Origin: Candidatus Dormiibacterota bacterium
Lineage (GTDB): Bacteria; Chloroflexota; Dormibacteria; Aeolococcales; Aeolococcaceae
DNA length: 64,000 bases
Reading direction: 5' to 3'
NCBI GenBank assembly: GCA_963718525.1
Contig: OY970355.1
Span: 2,496,001-2,560,000, forward strand
Shown: positions 38,218 to 49,159 of the stretch, in pieces
Layout of the letters: every line of letters starts with the position of its first letter
Position numbering within the stretch: the first letter of the stretch is position 1
The notes under the pieces: model-generated
Database searches by the model: none
Told to the model about the DNA's origin: nothing
What the model saw: the letters and a program-made list of their open reading frames with translations, nothing else
Program-made: the position numbers and the translations under genes

Positions 38218-40535
38218 ACGGGGGCGGCCTTGGGCGGCCGGTACTTGCAGGCTGGATACCCGGAGCAGCTCACGAAGGGGCCGTATCGACCCTTGCGCGT
38301 GACCAGGGGCTTGCCGCATTCGGGACAGTCCTCCCCGGTGGGCTCGGGTGCAGGACCGGCCGCGCGGGTCCCAGGCGCACCGGGTTGTATGTACTTGCAA
38401 TCGGGGTAGCCGGTGCACCCGATGAACGTCCCCCGCCTGCCGCTCCGCCGCCGGAGCGGTTTGCCGCATTGGGGACACACGCCCAGTTCCTCGGTCTGCG
38501 CAGCGTCAGCCTCGCCGTTGGCGGCCGCTCGGTCGTCCTTGATGTACGTGCAGCTGGGATACCCCGAGCATCCGACGAACGGCCCGCGCCTGCCCTGGCG
38601 GGTGACCAGCGGCTTCTCACAGCGCGGACACATCTCGCCGGTCGCCACTGCCTCACTGGTTTTGCGGTCCTTGATGTACTTGCAGTCCGGGAACCGGGAA
38701 CATCCGACGAACTCTCCGAACTTCCCCTCGCGGACGACGAGACGCCCGATCTCGCACTCCGGGCATTCCTCACCGGTTTCGCGTGCCGGGACGCGGACGC
38801 GCTCCATTGACCGTTCGGCGCGCTCGAGGGTTGCGGCGAAGGGCTCGTACCATTCGCGGACGGTCGGCTCGTAGGCACGCGTGCCCTCCTCGACGGAGTC
38901 GAGCCGCTTCTCGAGGTCGGCGGTGAACGCGACATCGACGATATCGGGGAAGTTCTGGCGCAGGACGGCATCGACGGTCTTGCCGAGCTCGGTCGGATGC
39001 AGACGCCGCTCCAGCTGACGCACGTACTGGCGCTCCTGGATGACCTCGAGGGTCGCGGCATATGTCGACGGGCGACCGATGCCACGCTCCTCGAGCTCCT
39101 TGATCAGGGTTGCCTCCGTGAAGCGAGGCGGCGGCTGGGTGAAATGCTGCTCCGCAGCGATCTCGAGGCACTTGAGCTCCTCGCGCTCGGCGAGCGCCGG
39201 GAGAGTCATGTCCTTGTCCTTGTCCTCGTCGCGCTTCCACACCTTCTGGAAGCCCTCGAACGTGATCAGTGAGCCCGATGCCCGGAACACGTAGTCCGCC
39301 GCGTCGATCATCGCCGTGGTGTTGAGGTATCTGGCAGGGCTCATCTGACTCGCGACGAAGCGTCGCCAGATGAGGTCGTACACCTTCAACTGTCCCGGCG
39401 ACAGGCTTGCGCTGACGGAATCAGGGGTGCGGTTCACGTCGGTCGGCCGGATCGCCTCGTGTGCGTCCTGAACATTCACTGCCGCCTTCCGGCGCACGGC
39501 TCCGGTGCCGACGTAGTCCTTGCCGAATGCCGTCGTGATGTGCTTTGCCGCGTCATCACGAGCTGCGTCGCTGATGCGGATCGAGTCGGTGCGCATGTAC
39601 GTGATCAGGCCAGTGGAACCGGCACTGCCGAGCTCGATGCCCTCGTACAGCTCCTGGGCGATGCTCATCGTCCGCTTGGGCGACATCCGCAGCCGCGAGC
39701 TCGCGTCCTGCTGCAGCGTGCTGGTCGTGTGTGGCGGCAACGGCCGGCGCGTCGTCTCCTTGACGTCGATCGAACGCACCACGAAGACCGGCGTGCGCTC
39801 CGTGACTGCACCCTTGGCGTCGAGCCCGAGCGCGGCGATGACCTCGGCGGCCTCGGCCCCGGTCCCGAGCTCCAGCTTCTCGCGCTCTGCCGCGTCGGTG
39901 TCGCCGCGCCTGCCGACCAGTCGCGCGCTGAACGGGTTGCTGCCATCTTTAGCAAGAAGAGCATCGATCGTCCACGATTCGACGGGAACGAACGCGTCGA
40001 TCTCTGTTTCGCGGTCGACGACAAGGCGCACCGCGACCGACTGCACCCGTCCGGCCGAGAGGCCGGCGCGAACCTTGCGCCAGAGCAGCGGTGAGAGCCG
40101 GTATCCCACCAGGCGGTCGATGACCCTGCGGGCCTCCTGCGCAGCGACCAGCGAACGGTCGATCTTGCGTGGATGCGCAAGCGCCGCATCGACGGCCAGC
40201 TTGGTGATCTCGTGGAAGACGATCCGGTCGGGGTCGTTCAGTCCGAGCGCCTCGGCGAGGTGCCAGGCGATGGCCTCCCCTTCGCGATCAGGGTCCGCCG
40301 CGAGAAGCGTCGACGACGCCTTCTTGACGGCGGCGCGGAGATCGCGAATCTGCTTCTCCTTGCCCTTGATGAGCTCGTACTGGGGGGTGAACCCGTCCTC
40401 GACGTCGACACCCATCTTCGACTTGGGGAGATCTCGGACGTGCCCCATCGAGGCGAGCACGATGTACTCGGATCCGAGAAAACGGGCGAGGGTTCTCGCC
40501 TTGCTGGGCGACTCGACGATGATCAGACGTGACAC
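38214..40535 (-). CDS. topA: DNA topoisomerase I with four C-terminal zinc ribbons
   Basis: [60 protein letters not shown]; four CPxC...CSxYPxC repeats. Confidence 0.98.
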   Translation of the reverse strand: MSRLIIVESPSKARTLARFLGSEYIVLASMGHVRDLPKSKMGVDVEDGFTPQYELIKGKEKQIRDLRAAVKKASSTLLAADPDREGEAIAWHLAEALGLNDPDRIVFHEITKLAVDAALAHPRKIDRSLVAAQEARRVIDRLVGYRLSPLLWRKVRAGLSAGRVQSVAVRLVVDRETEIDAFVPVESWTIDALLAKDGSNPFSARLVGRRGDTDAAEREKLELGTGAEAAEVIAALGLDAKGAVTERTPVFVVRSIDVKETTRRPLPPHTTSTLQQDASSRLRMSPKRTMSIAQELYEGIELGSAGSTGLITYMRTDSIRISDAARDDAAKHITTAFGKDYVGTGAVRRKAAVNVQDAHEAIRPTDVNRTPDSVSASLSPGQLKVYDLIWRRFVASQMSPARYLNTTAMIDAADYVFRASGSLITFEGFQKVWKRDEDKDKDMTLPALAEREELKCLEIAAEQHFTQPPPRFTEATLIKELEERGIGRPSTYAATLEVIQERQYVRQLERRLHPTELGKTVDAVLRQNFPDIVDVAFTADLEKRLDSVEEGTRAYEPTVREWYEPFAATLERAERSMERVRVPARETGEECPECEIGRLVVREGKFGEFVGCSRFPDCKYIKDRKTSEAVATGEMCPRCEKPLVTRQGRRGPFVGCSGYPSCTYIKDDRAAANGEADAAQTEELGVCPQCGKPLRRRSGRRGTFIGCTGYPDCKYIQPGAPGTRAAGPAPEPTGEDCPECGKPLVTRKGRYGPFVSCSGYPACKYRPPKAAPV

Positions 40536-40566
40536 TTCTGGACTTCCTATGGGGCTCTGGCGCCGG

Positions 40567-41457
40567 TTATACGGTACGGGCCACGAGGCCTCCGGGCAGG
40601 GACATTACGGCTCCGGCAAGCTCCAGCGCACCCAGCCGGCTCGCGACGAGAGCCGGGGAGAGCCCGAGTGCGAGCCCGACCTGATCCGGGTGGACCGGTT
40701 GCGTTCCCATGCGTGCCAGTATCTCCCGCAGCGGTGGGCTGAAACGCTCGAGGCCGCTGCCGGCTTTTGCGGAGAGAGCGTCGAGACCGGTCGTAGGCGC
40801 TGCCGAGCGAAGCTCGGGGACGGCCTCGAAGAGATCGGCGATTGCCAGAAATGGCCGAGCCCCGTCACGGATCAGCAGGTTGGTGCCGGTGCTCTGGCGC
40901 GAACGGATCGATCCGGGGACCGCAAGCACCTCACGGCCGAGATCTGCGGCCCAGCGCGCCGTGCTCAAGGCGCCACTGCGCTCGGTCGCCTCGACGACGA
41001 CGACGGCATCGGCGAGCGCCGCGATGATGCGGTTGCGTTTGGGGAAGTTGTATTTGAAAGGAGGCGTTCCGGCCGGCTCCTCGGTCAACAGGCACCCGGA
41101 GGCGACGATTCGCAAGCGAAGTCCCGCATGCCGTGGCGGATAGCAGACGTCGACACCGCAACCGAGCACTGCGACGGTCGATCCGCCGGCATCGAGCGCG
41201 CCCGTGTGTGCCGCGGCGTCGATGCCCAATGCCATGCCGCTGACCACCTGGATACCCGCAGACCCCAGCTCGCGAGCGATCGAGGCCGCGATCTCGGCGC
41301 CGGCAAATGTCGCGCGGCGCGAACCGACGATCGCAACCGCGGGTGTCGTCGCGCCGATGCTGCCAAGCTGCCAGAGCCCTCGCGGTGGTGACTCGAGGTG
41401 CCGGAGGCGCGCCGGCCACTCTGGCGAACCTGCATCGACCCAGCGCGGCTCGATCAT
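40567..41457 (-). CDS. dprA: DNA-processing protein DprA (short; no N-terminal SAM domain)
   Basis: VAIVGSR, VSGMALGIDAAAH, FP.RNRIIA, VVVEA..RSGAL.TA, VPG.I.S..S.GTN.LIR.GA; C-terminal winged helix. Confidence 0.95.
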   Translation of the reverse strand: MIEPRWVDAGSPEWPARLRHLESPPRGLWQLGSIGATTPAVAIVGSRRATFAGAEIAASIARELGSAGIQVVSGMALGIDAAAHTGALDAGGSTVAVLGCGVDVCYPPRHAGLRLRIVASGCLLTEEPAGTPPFKYNFPKRNRIIAALADAVVVVEATERSGALSTARWAADLGREVLAVPGSIRSRQSTGTNLLIRDGARPFLAIADLFEAVPELRSAAPTTGLDALSAKAGSGLERFSPPLREILARMGTQPVHPDQVGLALGLSPALVASRLGALELAGAVMSLPGGLVARTV

Positions 41458-42950
41458 CCGGCCATCTCGATTCGGTAGTGCAGAGCTTCGGCGAGCGCAT
41501 CCTCGCCCACCCGTTCCTCACCCGCAAGATCGGAGATGGTTCGTGCGACGCGCAGGACCCGAAAGAACCCCCGCGCGCTCAGATGGAGGCGTTCGCCCGA
41601 CAGCGCGAGCAGGCGACGCGCTGGCGGTGTAGCCCGCGCTGCGGCGAGGATCTCGCGCCCGTTCAGCGCGGCATTGCCGTGCCCGGCGCCCTCGCCCCGG
41701 CGATGGCGGGCGTCGTCGACGCGGCCGCGCACTGCCGCAGACGGCTCCTCGTCGACGCCATCGAAGATGTCGCGATATTCCTGGCGCGGAACCGAGACGA
41801 CCAGATCGATACGGTCCTTGATGGGTCCGCTGATCTTGTTGTTGTAGGCAGTGAGCTGGCGAGGATCGCAGGTGCATCCCTGTGCGTCGCCCAGATGCCC
41901 GCACGGGCACGGGTTCGACGCGCCGATGAGCATGAAGTCGGCCGGATATGTGACCGCGGCACGAGCACGTGCCACCGTGACTGAGTGCTCCTCGAGGGGC
42001 TGCCGGAGTGCCTCGAGGTGCTGCCGGGAGAACTCACAGAGCTCGTCGAGAAACAGGACTCCGTGGTTGGCGAGGCTGATCTCGCCAGGCTGGGCGAGGC
42101 CGGTGCCTCCGCCGACCAGGCCGGCGCGGGAGATGCTGTGATGCGGTGCCCTAAACGGCGGTCGCAGCGTGGTTGGCGGGCGTTCGCGCAAGCTGCCGCG
42201 CAGCGAGTAGATGGCCGCAACCTCGAGCGCCGCGTCCGGCGTGAGGTCGGGAAGCAGCGACGGGAAGGTCCGGGCGAGCATCGTTTTACCGGCTCCGGGC
42301 GGGCCGGTCATCAGCAGGTTATGGCCGCCCGCAGCGGCGATCTCGAGTGCTCGTTTCGCATGGCCTTGACCGCGAACGGCGGCCAGGTCCGGCTCAGAGG
42401 CCGGCAACGGGGGCGACGCATCGCGCACCCCGGCGACAAGTGGACCATCGCCACGCAGATATTCGACGCACGCCTGCAGCGACGCGGCGCCGAGGACCTC
42501 GACACCGTCGGCGAGCGCCGCTTCGGGGGCATTCTCCACCGGGACGATGAGACGCCTGGTTCCCGCGGCGGCGAGACATCGGGCCATCGGGAGCACGCCG
42601 GTGATCGGGCGCACCGAACCGTCCAGCGCGAGCTCTCCGAGAAAGGCGAGACCATCCAGCCGTATCGATGAGTCCCCGGCACGAAGCACGGCGATGGCGA
42701 TCGCCAGGTCGAACCCGGTCCCCTCTTTGGGCAGCTCCGCGGGAGCGAGATTGACGGTGACCCGGTGCTGTGGAAACTTGAACCCGGCGTTGCGGATCGC
42801 CGGTTTGACCCGTTCGCGAGCCTCCTGGATCGCGCGGTCGGTGAGACCGACGATCGTGAATGCCGGCAGGCCGTTGGCGATATCGGCCTCCACGGTCACC
42901 GGCACGCCCGCAAGACCTCGGGTTGCGCAACTGATAGCGAACGCAATCAC
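41454..42950 (-). CDS. comM: ComM/YifB Mg-chelatase-like AAA+ helicase
   Basis: GLP.F.IVGL.D.AI.EARERV, NLAPA.LPK.G..FDL, GPPGAGKTMLA, RAPHH, PGEISLA..GVLFLDE, NPCPCG, LSARG..R.LRVARTI.DL. Start GTG 42950. Confidence 0.95.
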   Translation of the reverse strand: MIAFAISCATRGLAGVPVTVEADIANGLPAFTIVGLTDRAIQEARERVKPAIRNAGFKFPQHRVTVNLAPAELPKEGTGFDLAIAIAVLRAGDSSIRLDGLAFLGELALDGSVRPITGVLPMARCLAAAGTRRLIVPVENAPEAALADGVEVLGAASLQACVEYLRGDGPLVAGVRDASPPLPASEPDLAAVRGQGHAKRALEIAAAGGHNLLMTGPPGAGKTMLARTFPSLLPDLTPDAALEVAAIYSLRGSLRERPPTTLRPPFRAPHHSISRAGLVGGGTGLAQPGEISLANHGVLFLDELCEFSRQHLEALRQPLEEHSVTVARARAAVTYPADFMLIGASNPCPCGHLGDAQGCTCDPRQLTAYNNKISGPIKDRIDLVVSVPRQEYRDIFDGVDEEPSAAVRGRVDDARHRRGEGAGHGNAALNGREILAAARATPPARRLLALSGERLHLSARGFFRVLRVARTISDLAGEERVGEDALAEALHYRIEMAG

Positions 42951-43056
42951 ACAACGCAGTATAACAAGACAAAGGGTCCGAGGCGCCATCCGGCCGTTGA
43001 AGCTTCGGCAAGACTGAGGAGACTCAGCGCTGGTGCCCTCTCGTATCGTCCGGTGC

Positions 43057-44292
43057 ATGCGAAGGACGAGGACCAGCGCGCAACCCATCGCGACCACAAG
43101 GACGCCGCCCGCCTTCTCACGCGATCCAAAATTCGAGGTCCTTGCCGAATCGTGTACGCGGTTCGTCTCCGGCCATGGACGCCGTTCCGCCGATGAGCTG
43201 CTCGCCACCATCCCGCCCGGAACCGAGATCGACTACTACGGCATCGGCGGGGCTGTCACCGAGCTCGAGCAGGAGGTCGCGTCGCTGCTCGCCAAACAGG
43301 CGGCACTGTTCTTCCCCACGGGGACTATGGCGCAGCAGGTGACCCTCCGCGTTCATGCGGATCGACGCTCGACCCGGAGCATCGCGTTTCATCCCGCGTG
43401 CCATATGGAAACCAACGAGGAACGCGGCTACGAGCGGCTCCACGGCCTGTTCGGCGTTCCCGTCGGACCAGGCGACGAGCCGCTCTCGGCCGCAAGCCTC
43501 GCTCAGGTGCACGAGCCGATCGCGGCCCTGCTGCTCGAGCTGCCGCAACGAGCGCTCGGCGGCACGCTGCCGTCCTGGACCGAGCTCGTCGCGCAGGTCG
43601 GGTGGGCACGTGACCGGGGCGCCGCGGTCCACATGGACGGAGCCCGGCTTTGGGACGCCGGCCCGTATTACAGGGCCAGGCACCGCAAGTCGATCGCGGA
43701 CATCGCGGGATTGTTCGACACCGTCTACGTTTCCTTCTACAAAGGACTCGGCGGCATCGCCGGCTGCTGTGTCGCGGGCGACGCCGACGTGATCGACGAA
43801 CTGTCGGTCTGGCGAACCCGTCACGGCGGCCGCGCCTTCGGGCTGTGGCCCTATGCGGCGTCGGCGCTCGCAGCGCTGCGCCTGCGCCTCCCACGCATGA
43901 CGGCGTACTACGGCCACGCTCTCGCGATCGCGGAGGCGGTTCGCGGCCTTCCCGGGGTCGAGGTCCTCCCCTCTCCCGTGCAGAGCCCGATGATGCACCT
44001 GCGTTTTGCAGTTGAGCTCGAGCCACTTCGCGAACGGGTCGCCGAGATCGCCTTGACCGATAAGGTGATGACCTTCGCCCGACCGTGGGCATCACTGGGT
44101 CCAAAGCTGCAGGAGTTCGAACTCCATGTCGGCGATGCGACGCTCGAACTCAGCCCGGAGGAAATTCGCGATCTCTTCGCGCGTCTGACCGGCGTGGCTC
44201 CACGGCGCGCAGCTGGCGCCGCGCGGCGCAGGACCGCCTCACGGCGTCAGCTCAATGGTGTCCCGCGGGGTCGAGGGACCGGCCGGTCTTGA
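43057..44292 (+). CDS. PLP-dependent low-specificity threonine aldolase-like enzyme (beta-eliminating lyase family)
   Basis: D.YG.GG....LE.EVA.LL, FFPTGTMAQ, VHMDGARLW, VSFYKGLGG. Start ATG 43057. Confidence 0.88.
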   Translation: MRRTRTSAQPIATTRTPPAFSRDPKFEVLAESCTRFVSGHGRRSADELLATIPPGTEIDYYGIGGAVTELEQEVASLLAKQAALFFPTGTMAQQVTLRVHADRRSTRSIAFHPACHMETNEERGYERLHGLFGVPVGPGDEPLSAASLAQVHEPIAALLLELPQRALGGTLPSWTELVAQVGWARDRGAAVHMDGARLWDAGPYYRARHRKSIADIAGLFDTVYVSFYKGLGGIAGCCVAGDADVIDELSVWRTRHGGRAFGLWPYAASALAALRLRLPRMTAYYGHALAIAEAVRGLPGVEVLPSPVQSPMMHLRFAVELEPLRERVAEIALTDKVMTFARPWASLGPKLQEFELHVGDATLELSPEEIRDLFARLTGVAPRRAAGAARRRTASRRQLNGVPRGRGTGRS

Positions 44293-44336
44293 GCAGTGTC
44301 CTGGGGCCGGCTGAGCAGATCGCCTGCGGTGACAGG

Positions 44337-44780
44337 TCAGCCGTCCTGGACGGCGTCTCTGATGTGCTCGGTCCTGGTCACCGTCATCGCCCCGTCCATC
44401 ATCAGGCCGATGACGTCGATGCGGCAGGGCTGCTTCTGGCGGTGCGTCTGGGCGCGATAGAGCTCCAGCAGCATGCGCAGCTTTCGCTGCTTGCGCTCGT
44501 CGACGGCTTCCTCCGGCGTCCCGAATCCGACGCCGCGGCGCGCCTTGACCTCGATGAGCACGAGGGTCTCCCCTTCCTCGGCGACGATGTCGATCTGGCC
44601 GAGGCGGCTGCGCCAGTCGCGAGCGAGGATGCGGAAGCCCTGTTCCTTGAGGTACGTCAGCGCGGCGACCTCGCCCGCATGACCCACGCGGTCCTTGAGG
44701 GGGCGGGCCGGAGGAAGTTGCTCGGGGGTTCTCGACCCCCGGCTACGCTCCGCCGTCGCTCTCGGAGGCTGCGACGGCAA
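44337..44780 (-). CDS. yraN: YraN-family (UPF0102) PD-(D/E)XK nuclease
   Basis: G..GE..A..YL...G.RIL...W....GQIDIVA...LV.IEVKAR, P.EAV...KQ, CRIDVI. True start may lie downstream of 44780. Confidence 0.92.
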   Translation of the reverse strand: MPSQPPRATAERSRGSRTPEQLPPARPLKDRVGHAGEVAALTYLKEQGFRILARDWRSRLGQIDIVAEEGETLVLIEVKARRGVGFGTPEEAVDERKQRKLRMLLELYRAQTHRQKQPCRIDVIGLMMDGAMTVTRTEHIRDAVQDG

Positions 44781-45282
44781 CCTCGGCTTCGTCTGTCTCG
44801 GCGGTCACCTCGGCCGTCTCGATATCGTCGGCCGTCAGGTCGCCAGGGGTCTCGTCACGCTCGTCGGGTTCGACGTCTGCCTCGGTCACCGCGTCCGGCT
44901 CGGCACGAAGCAGGGTCATCTCGGAGCCGCCGATCGGCTGACGCCGCTCGCGAATACGGGCGTGACGGCCGACTTTCTCGCGCAGGTAGAACAGCTTTGC
45001 CCTGCGCACCTGGCCATGACGCAGCACCTCGATCTTGTCGATTCGAGGAGCGTGAACGAGGAATGTCCGCTCGACGCCGACGCCGTGGGCGATGCGACGC
45101 ACGGTGAAGCTGGTGGCGAGCCCGACCTTGCCCTTGAGCGCAATCACGACGCCCTCAAACACCTGGATGCGCTCGCGGGTCCCTTCCACCACCTTGACGT
45201 GCACGCGCACCGTATCGCCTGCACGCAGGATGGGGACTTGCTGTTTTTCCTGCTCGCGTTTGAGCAGATCGATGACATTCAC
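44743..45282 (-). CDS. rplS: 50S ribosomal protein L19 with acidic C-terminal extension
   Basis: [50 protein letters not shown]. Confidence 0.97.
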   Translation of the reverse strand: MNVIDLLKREQEKQQVPILRAGDTVRVHVKVVEGTRERIQVFEGVVIALKGKVGLATSFTVRRIAHGVGVERTFLVHAPRIDKIEVLRHGQVRRAKLFYLREKVGRHARIRERRQPIGGSEMTLLRAEPDAVTEADVEPDERDETPGDLTADDIETAEVTAETDEAEVAVAASESDGGA

Positions 45283-45989
45283 GTTGTTCCTCCGGGCCTT
45301 GAGGCAGACCGTAGCAGATCGGGGCGACGCAGCCCGGTCCGTCTTGTACTTTCATCGCGACGCCACGCGGCAATGGCGGCGTGATTGCCTTCGCGCAGCA
45401 CCGCTGGGACCGAGCGTCCCTCGAAGTCGGCGGGGCGTGTATACAGCGGTGCTTCGAAGCCGCCCTCGGCACCTTCCGAAAAGGTCTCATCGCCAAGCGA
45501 TTCCGGCGAACCGACGACGCCGGGCACCAGCCGAGCGGTGGCTTCGATGACCGCCATCGCCGCGACCTCACCGCCGCTCAGCACGTAGTCGCCGACCGAC
45601 AGCTCCTCGCCGATCTCGTCGCGCGCGCGCTGGTCGACGCCCTGATAGCGACCGCAGACAAGGAGAATCGCGCGCTCCGCCGCAAGCTCGCGGGCGACTC
45701 GTTGATCGAATTGACGCCCCTGTGGCGACAGCAGGATGCACCGGATCCCGGGCTCCTTTTCGCGCAACTCGCGCACCGCGCGTATCAGCGGTTCCGGCTT
45801 GAACACCATGCCCGCGCCTCCGCCGAACGGGATGTCGTCGACCTGGCGATGCCGGCCTTCGCTGTGGGTGCGGAGGTCATGCACAGCCAACTCCACATCG
45901 CCGGCCGCGAGCGCACGGCCGACCACACCGATGCCGAGCGGTCCTGGGAACACCTCGGGAAAGATCGACAGCACATGGAAGCGGATCAC
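45279..45989 (-). CDS. trmD: tRNA (guanine-N1)-methyltransferase
   Basis: [53 protein letters not shown]. Start GTG 45989. Confidence 0.96.
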   Translation of the reverse strand: MIRFHVLSIFPEVFPGPLGIGVVGRALAAGDVELAVHDLRTHSEGRHRQVDDIPFGGGAGMVFKPEPLIRAVRELREKEPGIRCILLSPQGRQFDQRVARELAAERAILLVCGRYQGVDQRARDEIGEELSVGDYVLSGGEVAAMAVIEATARLVPGVVGSPESLGDETFSEGAEGGFEAPLYTRPADFEGRSVPAVLREGNHAAIAAWRRDESTRRTGLRRPDLLRSASRPGGTT

Positions 45990-46510
45990 ACCGTCTCCTC
46001 GAGCCACGGCGCAACCGTGATGGTGCCCGCGTCGACATCGATCGCCATCACGTAATCCCGCGCCATCGGCAGGCGCTGCACGGCGCTTTCGTCGCGGATG
46101 ACCAGCACGTCGTTGCCCACGCCGGCCTCGATATCCTCGACGATGCCGACATCGGCCCCGGTGGTGTCGAGCACACGCAGGCCGATGAGTTGCCACACGA
46201 ACCACTCGCCGTCCGAGAGCTGACGCGCGGCGTCGACATCAACACACAGGTACTCGCCGCGGAGCAGCGCGGCATCGGACGCGGACGTGATCTCCTCGAA
46301 GCTGAGGAGCACAGCGTTGCCGGAACCGGGCCGAGCCGCGCGCACCGTGAAGGATCTCGAACCGTCCTCGGTCTCGAGCTTCGTCCCAGGCGTGAAACGG
46401 CTTGGATCGCCGCCGATCGGCTCAGCCCGGACCTCGCCGCGCACGCCGTGCGCGCGAAGTACCTGCGCAGCGCGCAGCCTGGCCGGTGCGAGTGGGCGGC
46501 CTCCGCTCAC
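45986..46510 (-). CDS. rimM: Ribosome maturation factor RimM
   Basis: AHGVRGEV, A..LRG..L, E.F..QLIGL.V, NDVLV; between khpA and trmD. Confidence 0.94.
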   Translation of the reverse strand: MSGGRPLAPARLRAAQVLRAHGVRGEVRAEPIGGDPSRFTPGTKLETEDGSRSFTVRAARPGSGNAVLLSFEEITSASDAALLRGEYLCVDVDAARQLSDGEWFVWQLIGLRVLDTTGADVGIVEDIEAGVGNDVLVIRDESAVQRLPMARDYVMAIDVDAGTITVAPWLEETV

Positions 46511-46752
46511 CGTATGTCCTTCAACTCCACCTGCACGCGCTGGTGATGACGCAGACCGGCGGCGCGGACCACCGCACGAACAGCTTCGATGTTCCGCCCC
46601 GTCTTGCCGATGAGCTTGCCCATGTCCTCTTCAGCGACGTTCAGGGTGACGATGGTGCTCCGGCCGCGTGGGCGCGAGTCCACGGTGACGGCAGCGGGCT
46701 TCGAGACGATTCGCTCGGCGATGAATCGTGTGAGGTCGGCGTAGTCGGTCAT
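46507..46752 (-). CDS. khpA: KH-domain RNA-binding protein KhpA/YlqC
   Basis: [24 protein letters not shown]; rpsP-khpA-rimM context. Confidence 0.93.
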   Translation of the reverse strand: MTDYADLTRFIAERIVSKPAAVTVDSRPRGRSTIVTLNVAEEDMGKLIGKTGRNIEAVRAVVRAAGLRHHQRVQVELKDIR

Positions 46753-47378
46753 TCCGCTGCGCCCTCTGCGACGGCGGGTCCTGTCGCCGCGGGGACCCCT
46801 CCTGCGGCTGGCTCCTCGGCGACGGCGGGTCCTGTCGTCGCGGGGACCCCTCCCCGCCGCGCTTCTGGCGCGTCGGGGCTGCCCCCCGCAACGCCACCCG
46901 CCTCGTTCGGTGCAGCGGCGTCGGATACTGCGGACGTCTCATCGCCCGATTGCGCCGCATCGACAGGCTCAGCTACCGCTGGCTCCGCAGTGGCGCGCTC
47001 ATTTGCGGCTGCGGTGGGTGTTGTGTCCTCTGCTGCCTCTGGGGTTGGCTCCGCGGCAGCGGTGTTGTTTGCGGCAGCTTTTGCAGGAGCTTCGGGCTCG
47101 GCGGGTTCGGGACGGGGGGTGATCTTGAAGGGGCGTGCGGCGAGAATGCCTTCCTTGACGAGCAGCTGGCGGGCGCTGTCGCTCGGGCGTGCGCCGCGGC
47201 GCAGCCAGAGTTGCACGCGGTCCGCGTCGATGCTCACCACAGCCGGATTGGGCAGCGGGTCGTAGAAGCCGATCGACTCGATGAATCTGCCGTCGCGTGG
47301 GCTGCGCGAATCCGCAACCACCAGCCGGTACACCGGGCGCTTGGTGGTGCCCATTCGCTTCAACCTGATCTTGACCAA
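46749..47378 (-). CDS. rpsP: 30S ribosomal protein S16 with long Ala/Pro/Glu-rich tail
   Basis: [37 protein letters not shown]; TTG start. Confidence 0.97.
   Translation of the reverse strand: MVKIRLKRMGTTKRPVYRLVVADSRSPRDGRFIESIGFYDPLPNPAVVSIDADRVQLWLRRGARPSDSARQLLVKEGILAARPFKITPRPEPAEPEAPAKAAANNTAAAEPTPEAAEDTTPTAAANERATAEPAVAEPVDAAQSGDETSAVSDAAAPNEAGGVAGGSPDAPEARRGGVPATTGPAVAEEPAAGGVPAATGPAVAEGAAE
46768..46853. repeat. Two 35-bp direct repeats (51-bp period, 1 mismatch) in the S16 tail
   Basis: gcgacggcgggtcctgtcg(c/t)cgcggggacccctcc at 46768-46802 and 46819-46853; encodes GGVPA(T/A)TGPAVAE twice. Confidence 0.85.
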
Positions 47379-47391
47379 TGTCGTGCTCCTT

Positions 47392-48774
47392 TCAGAAACC
47401 TGCTTGTCCGAGTTGGGTTGGATCGATGTTCTTCAGCTGTCTGAGCATGCGAGCCTTGCCTCGCACGCCCTTGGTGCCCTTGCCGCCGAGGCTCTTGAAC
47501 ATGCTCTGCATCTGTTCAAAACCCTTGAGCAGGCGATTGACGTCGGCGATCGTCGTTCCGCTGCCTGAGGCAATTCGCTTGCGACGGGCGCCCTTGATGA
47601 TCTCGGGGTGACGGCGCTCCTGGGCGGTCATCGAGAGCACGATCGCCTCCATGCGGCCGAGGTCCTGCTCGGAGGGCATGGCCGCGCCCGCCTGCTGCAC
47701 GAGCTTGCGACCACCGGGCAGCATGCCGAGCACGCCTTCCAGCGAGCCCATGCCACGCAACTGACGCAGTTGCGCGAGCCAGTCGTCCATGGTCAGACGC
47801 CCTGCGAAGGAGCGCTCGACCATCTCCTCGGCGTTCTTCTGGTCGAACTGCTCCTGGGCCCGTTCGACGAGGGTCAGGACATCGCCCATGCCGAGAATCC
47901 GTGACGCCATCCGGTCGGGCGCGAACGCCTCGAGGTCCGAGACCTTCTCGCCGGTGCCGGTGTACATGATCGGCTTGCCGATGGTTTCGCGCATCGACAA
48001 CGCGGCTCCGCCGCGTGCGTCGCCGTCGAGCTTGGTGAGGATCACGCCGTCGACGTGGACTGCGTCATCGAATCCTTTGGCGACGTTCACCGCCTCCTGA
48101 CCGGTCATCGCATCGACGGCGAGGATCACTTCGTGAACCGTCGTGGCCTTGCGGATGTCGCGCAGCTCATCGAGCAAGGGTTCGTCGATCTGCAGTCGGC
48201 CCGCGGTGTCGATGATGACAACGTCGCAATTGAGCCTTGCGGCTTCCGCAACGCCGCGCGCGGCAAGCTGCGCAACCTTGGCCTTCCCCTCTGGGATCGT
48301 GACCGGGATCTGATTGTCCAGTCCCAGCTTCTGGAGCTGTTGCACTGCCGCCGGGCGAGTGATATCGGCTGCGACCAGCATCGGGCGGTGCCCGTCGCGC
48401 CGGATTGCCAGGGCGAGCTTGGCGGCGGTGGTCGTCTTCCCCGAGCCCTGCAGGCCAACCAGCATGATCACCGTCGGCGGGTGTGGCTGGTATTGAATCT
48501 TGCGCTGCTCCCCGCCGAGCAACGCGACAAGCTCGTCGTTGACGATCTTGACGATCTGCTGTCCGGGAGTCAGCGACTCAAGCACGTCGCTACCGATGGC
48601 ACGCTCTCGAATCCGGTCGACGAATGAGCGAGCGATACGGAAGTTGACGTCGGCTTCGAGCAGTGCCACGCGAACCTCGCGCAACCCCACCTCGACGTCC
48701 TCCTTGGTCAGACGGCCGCGGCCCGAGAATCGGCGGAGCGCCGCGGCGAGTCGATCACTCAGGGCTTCGAACAT
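47392..48774 (-). CDS. ffh: Signal recognition particle protein Ffh
   Basis: [54 protein letters not shown]. Confidence 0.98.
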   Translation of the reverse strand: MFEALSDRLAAALRRFSGRGRLTKEDVEVGLREVRVALLEADVNFRIARSFVDRIRERAIGSDVLESLTPGQQIVKIVNDELVALLGGEQRKIQYQPHPPTVIMLVGLQGSGKTTTAAKLALAIRRDGHRPMLVAADITRPAAVQQLQKLGLDNQIPVTIPEGKAKVAQLAARGVAEAARLNCDVVIIDTAGRLQIDEPLLDELRDIRKATTVHEVILAVDAMTGQEAVNVAKGFDDAVHVDGVILTKLDGDARGGAALSMRETIGKPIMYTGTGEKVSDLEAFAPDRMASRILGMGDVLTLVERAQEQFDQKNAEEMVERSFAGRLTMDDWLAQLRQLRGMGSLEGVLGMLPGGRKLVQQAGAAMPSEQDLGRMEAIVLSMTAQERRHPEIIKGARRKRIASGSGTTIADVNRLLKGFEQMQSMFKSLGGKGTKGVRGKARMLRQLKNIDPTQLGQAGF

Positions 48775-48775
48775 G

Positions 48776-49096
48776 TCAGGCGGTCACCGCTGACGTCGAC
48801 AGGCGTGCACGCAGGTCGGTCTCGATGTGATCACGCCGGTCGAGCTCGGCCGCGTGACCGAGCCGATCCTCGAAGTGCTCGAGCTGGGCGAGGGCGCGAC
48901 GGACGAGATCGTGGGCGCCGCTGCGCGTGCAGCTGAAATGCTCGGCGAGCTCGGTGAACGACCAATCCTCGTGGAGGTGCAGCCGGCAGGCCTCGCGCTG
49001 GTGGTCGGTGAGCACGGCGCCATAGACGTCAAGCAGCCGCTCCTGCCACACGCGTGACGTGAGCGGCTGCGAGGTGGATCGATGTGTCAAGGGCAA
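48776..49096 (-). CDS. ylxM: YlxM/UPF0122 HTH protein
   Basis: LLDVYG.VLT.HQR......ED.S..ELAE....TR...HD..RRA...LE.FE.RLG; immediately upstream of ffh. Confidence 0.9.
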   Translation of the reverse strand: MPLTHRSTSQPLTSRVWQERLLDVYGAVLTDHQREACRLHLHEDWSFTELAEHFSCTRSGAHDLVRRALAQLEHFEDRLGHAAELDRRDHIETDLRARLSTSAVTA

Positions 49097-49111
49097 GACC
49101 TTGACATGCTA
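49085..49111 (-). promoter_or_regulatory. Perfect 8-6-8 inverted repeat over the ylxM start, next to a -10-like TAGCAT
   Basis: TGTCAAGG(49085-92)-gcaaga-CCTTGACA(49099-106); minus-strand TAGCAT at 49106-49111. Confidence 0.6.
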
Positions 49112-49159
49112 CAGGATCCGGGCGAATCGGCCTCCTGGAGGCTCACACTGTCGACGCTG

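Noticed and set aside
38214-38790. Repeated sequence blocks at the 3' end of topA
   Set aside because: These are the ordinary tandem zinc-ribbon repeats of topoisomerase I, not a CRISPR or mobile repeat.
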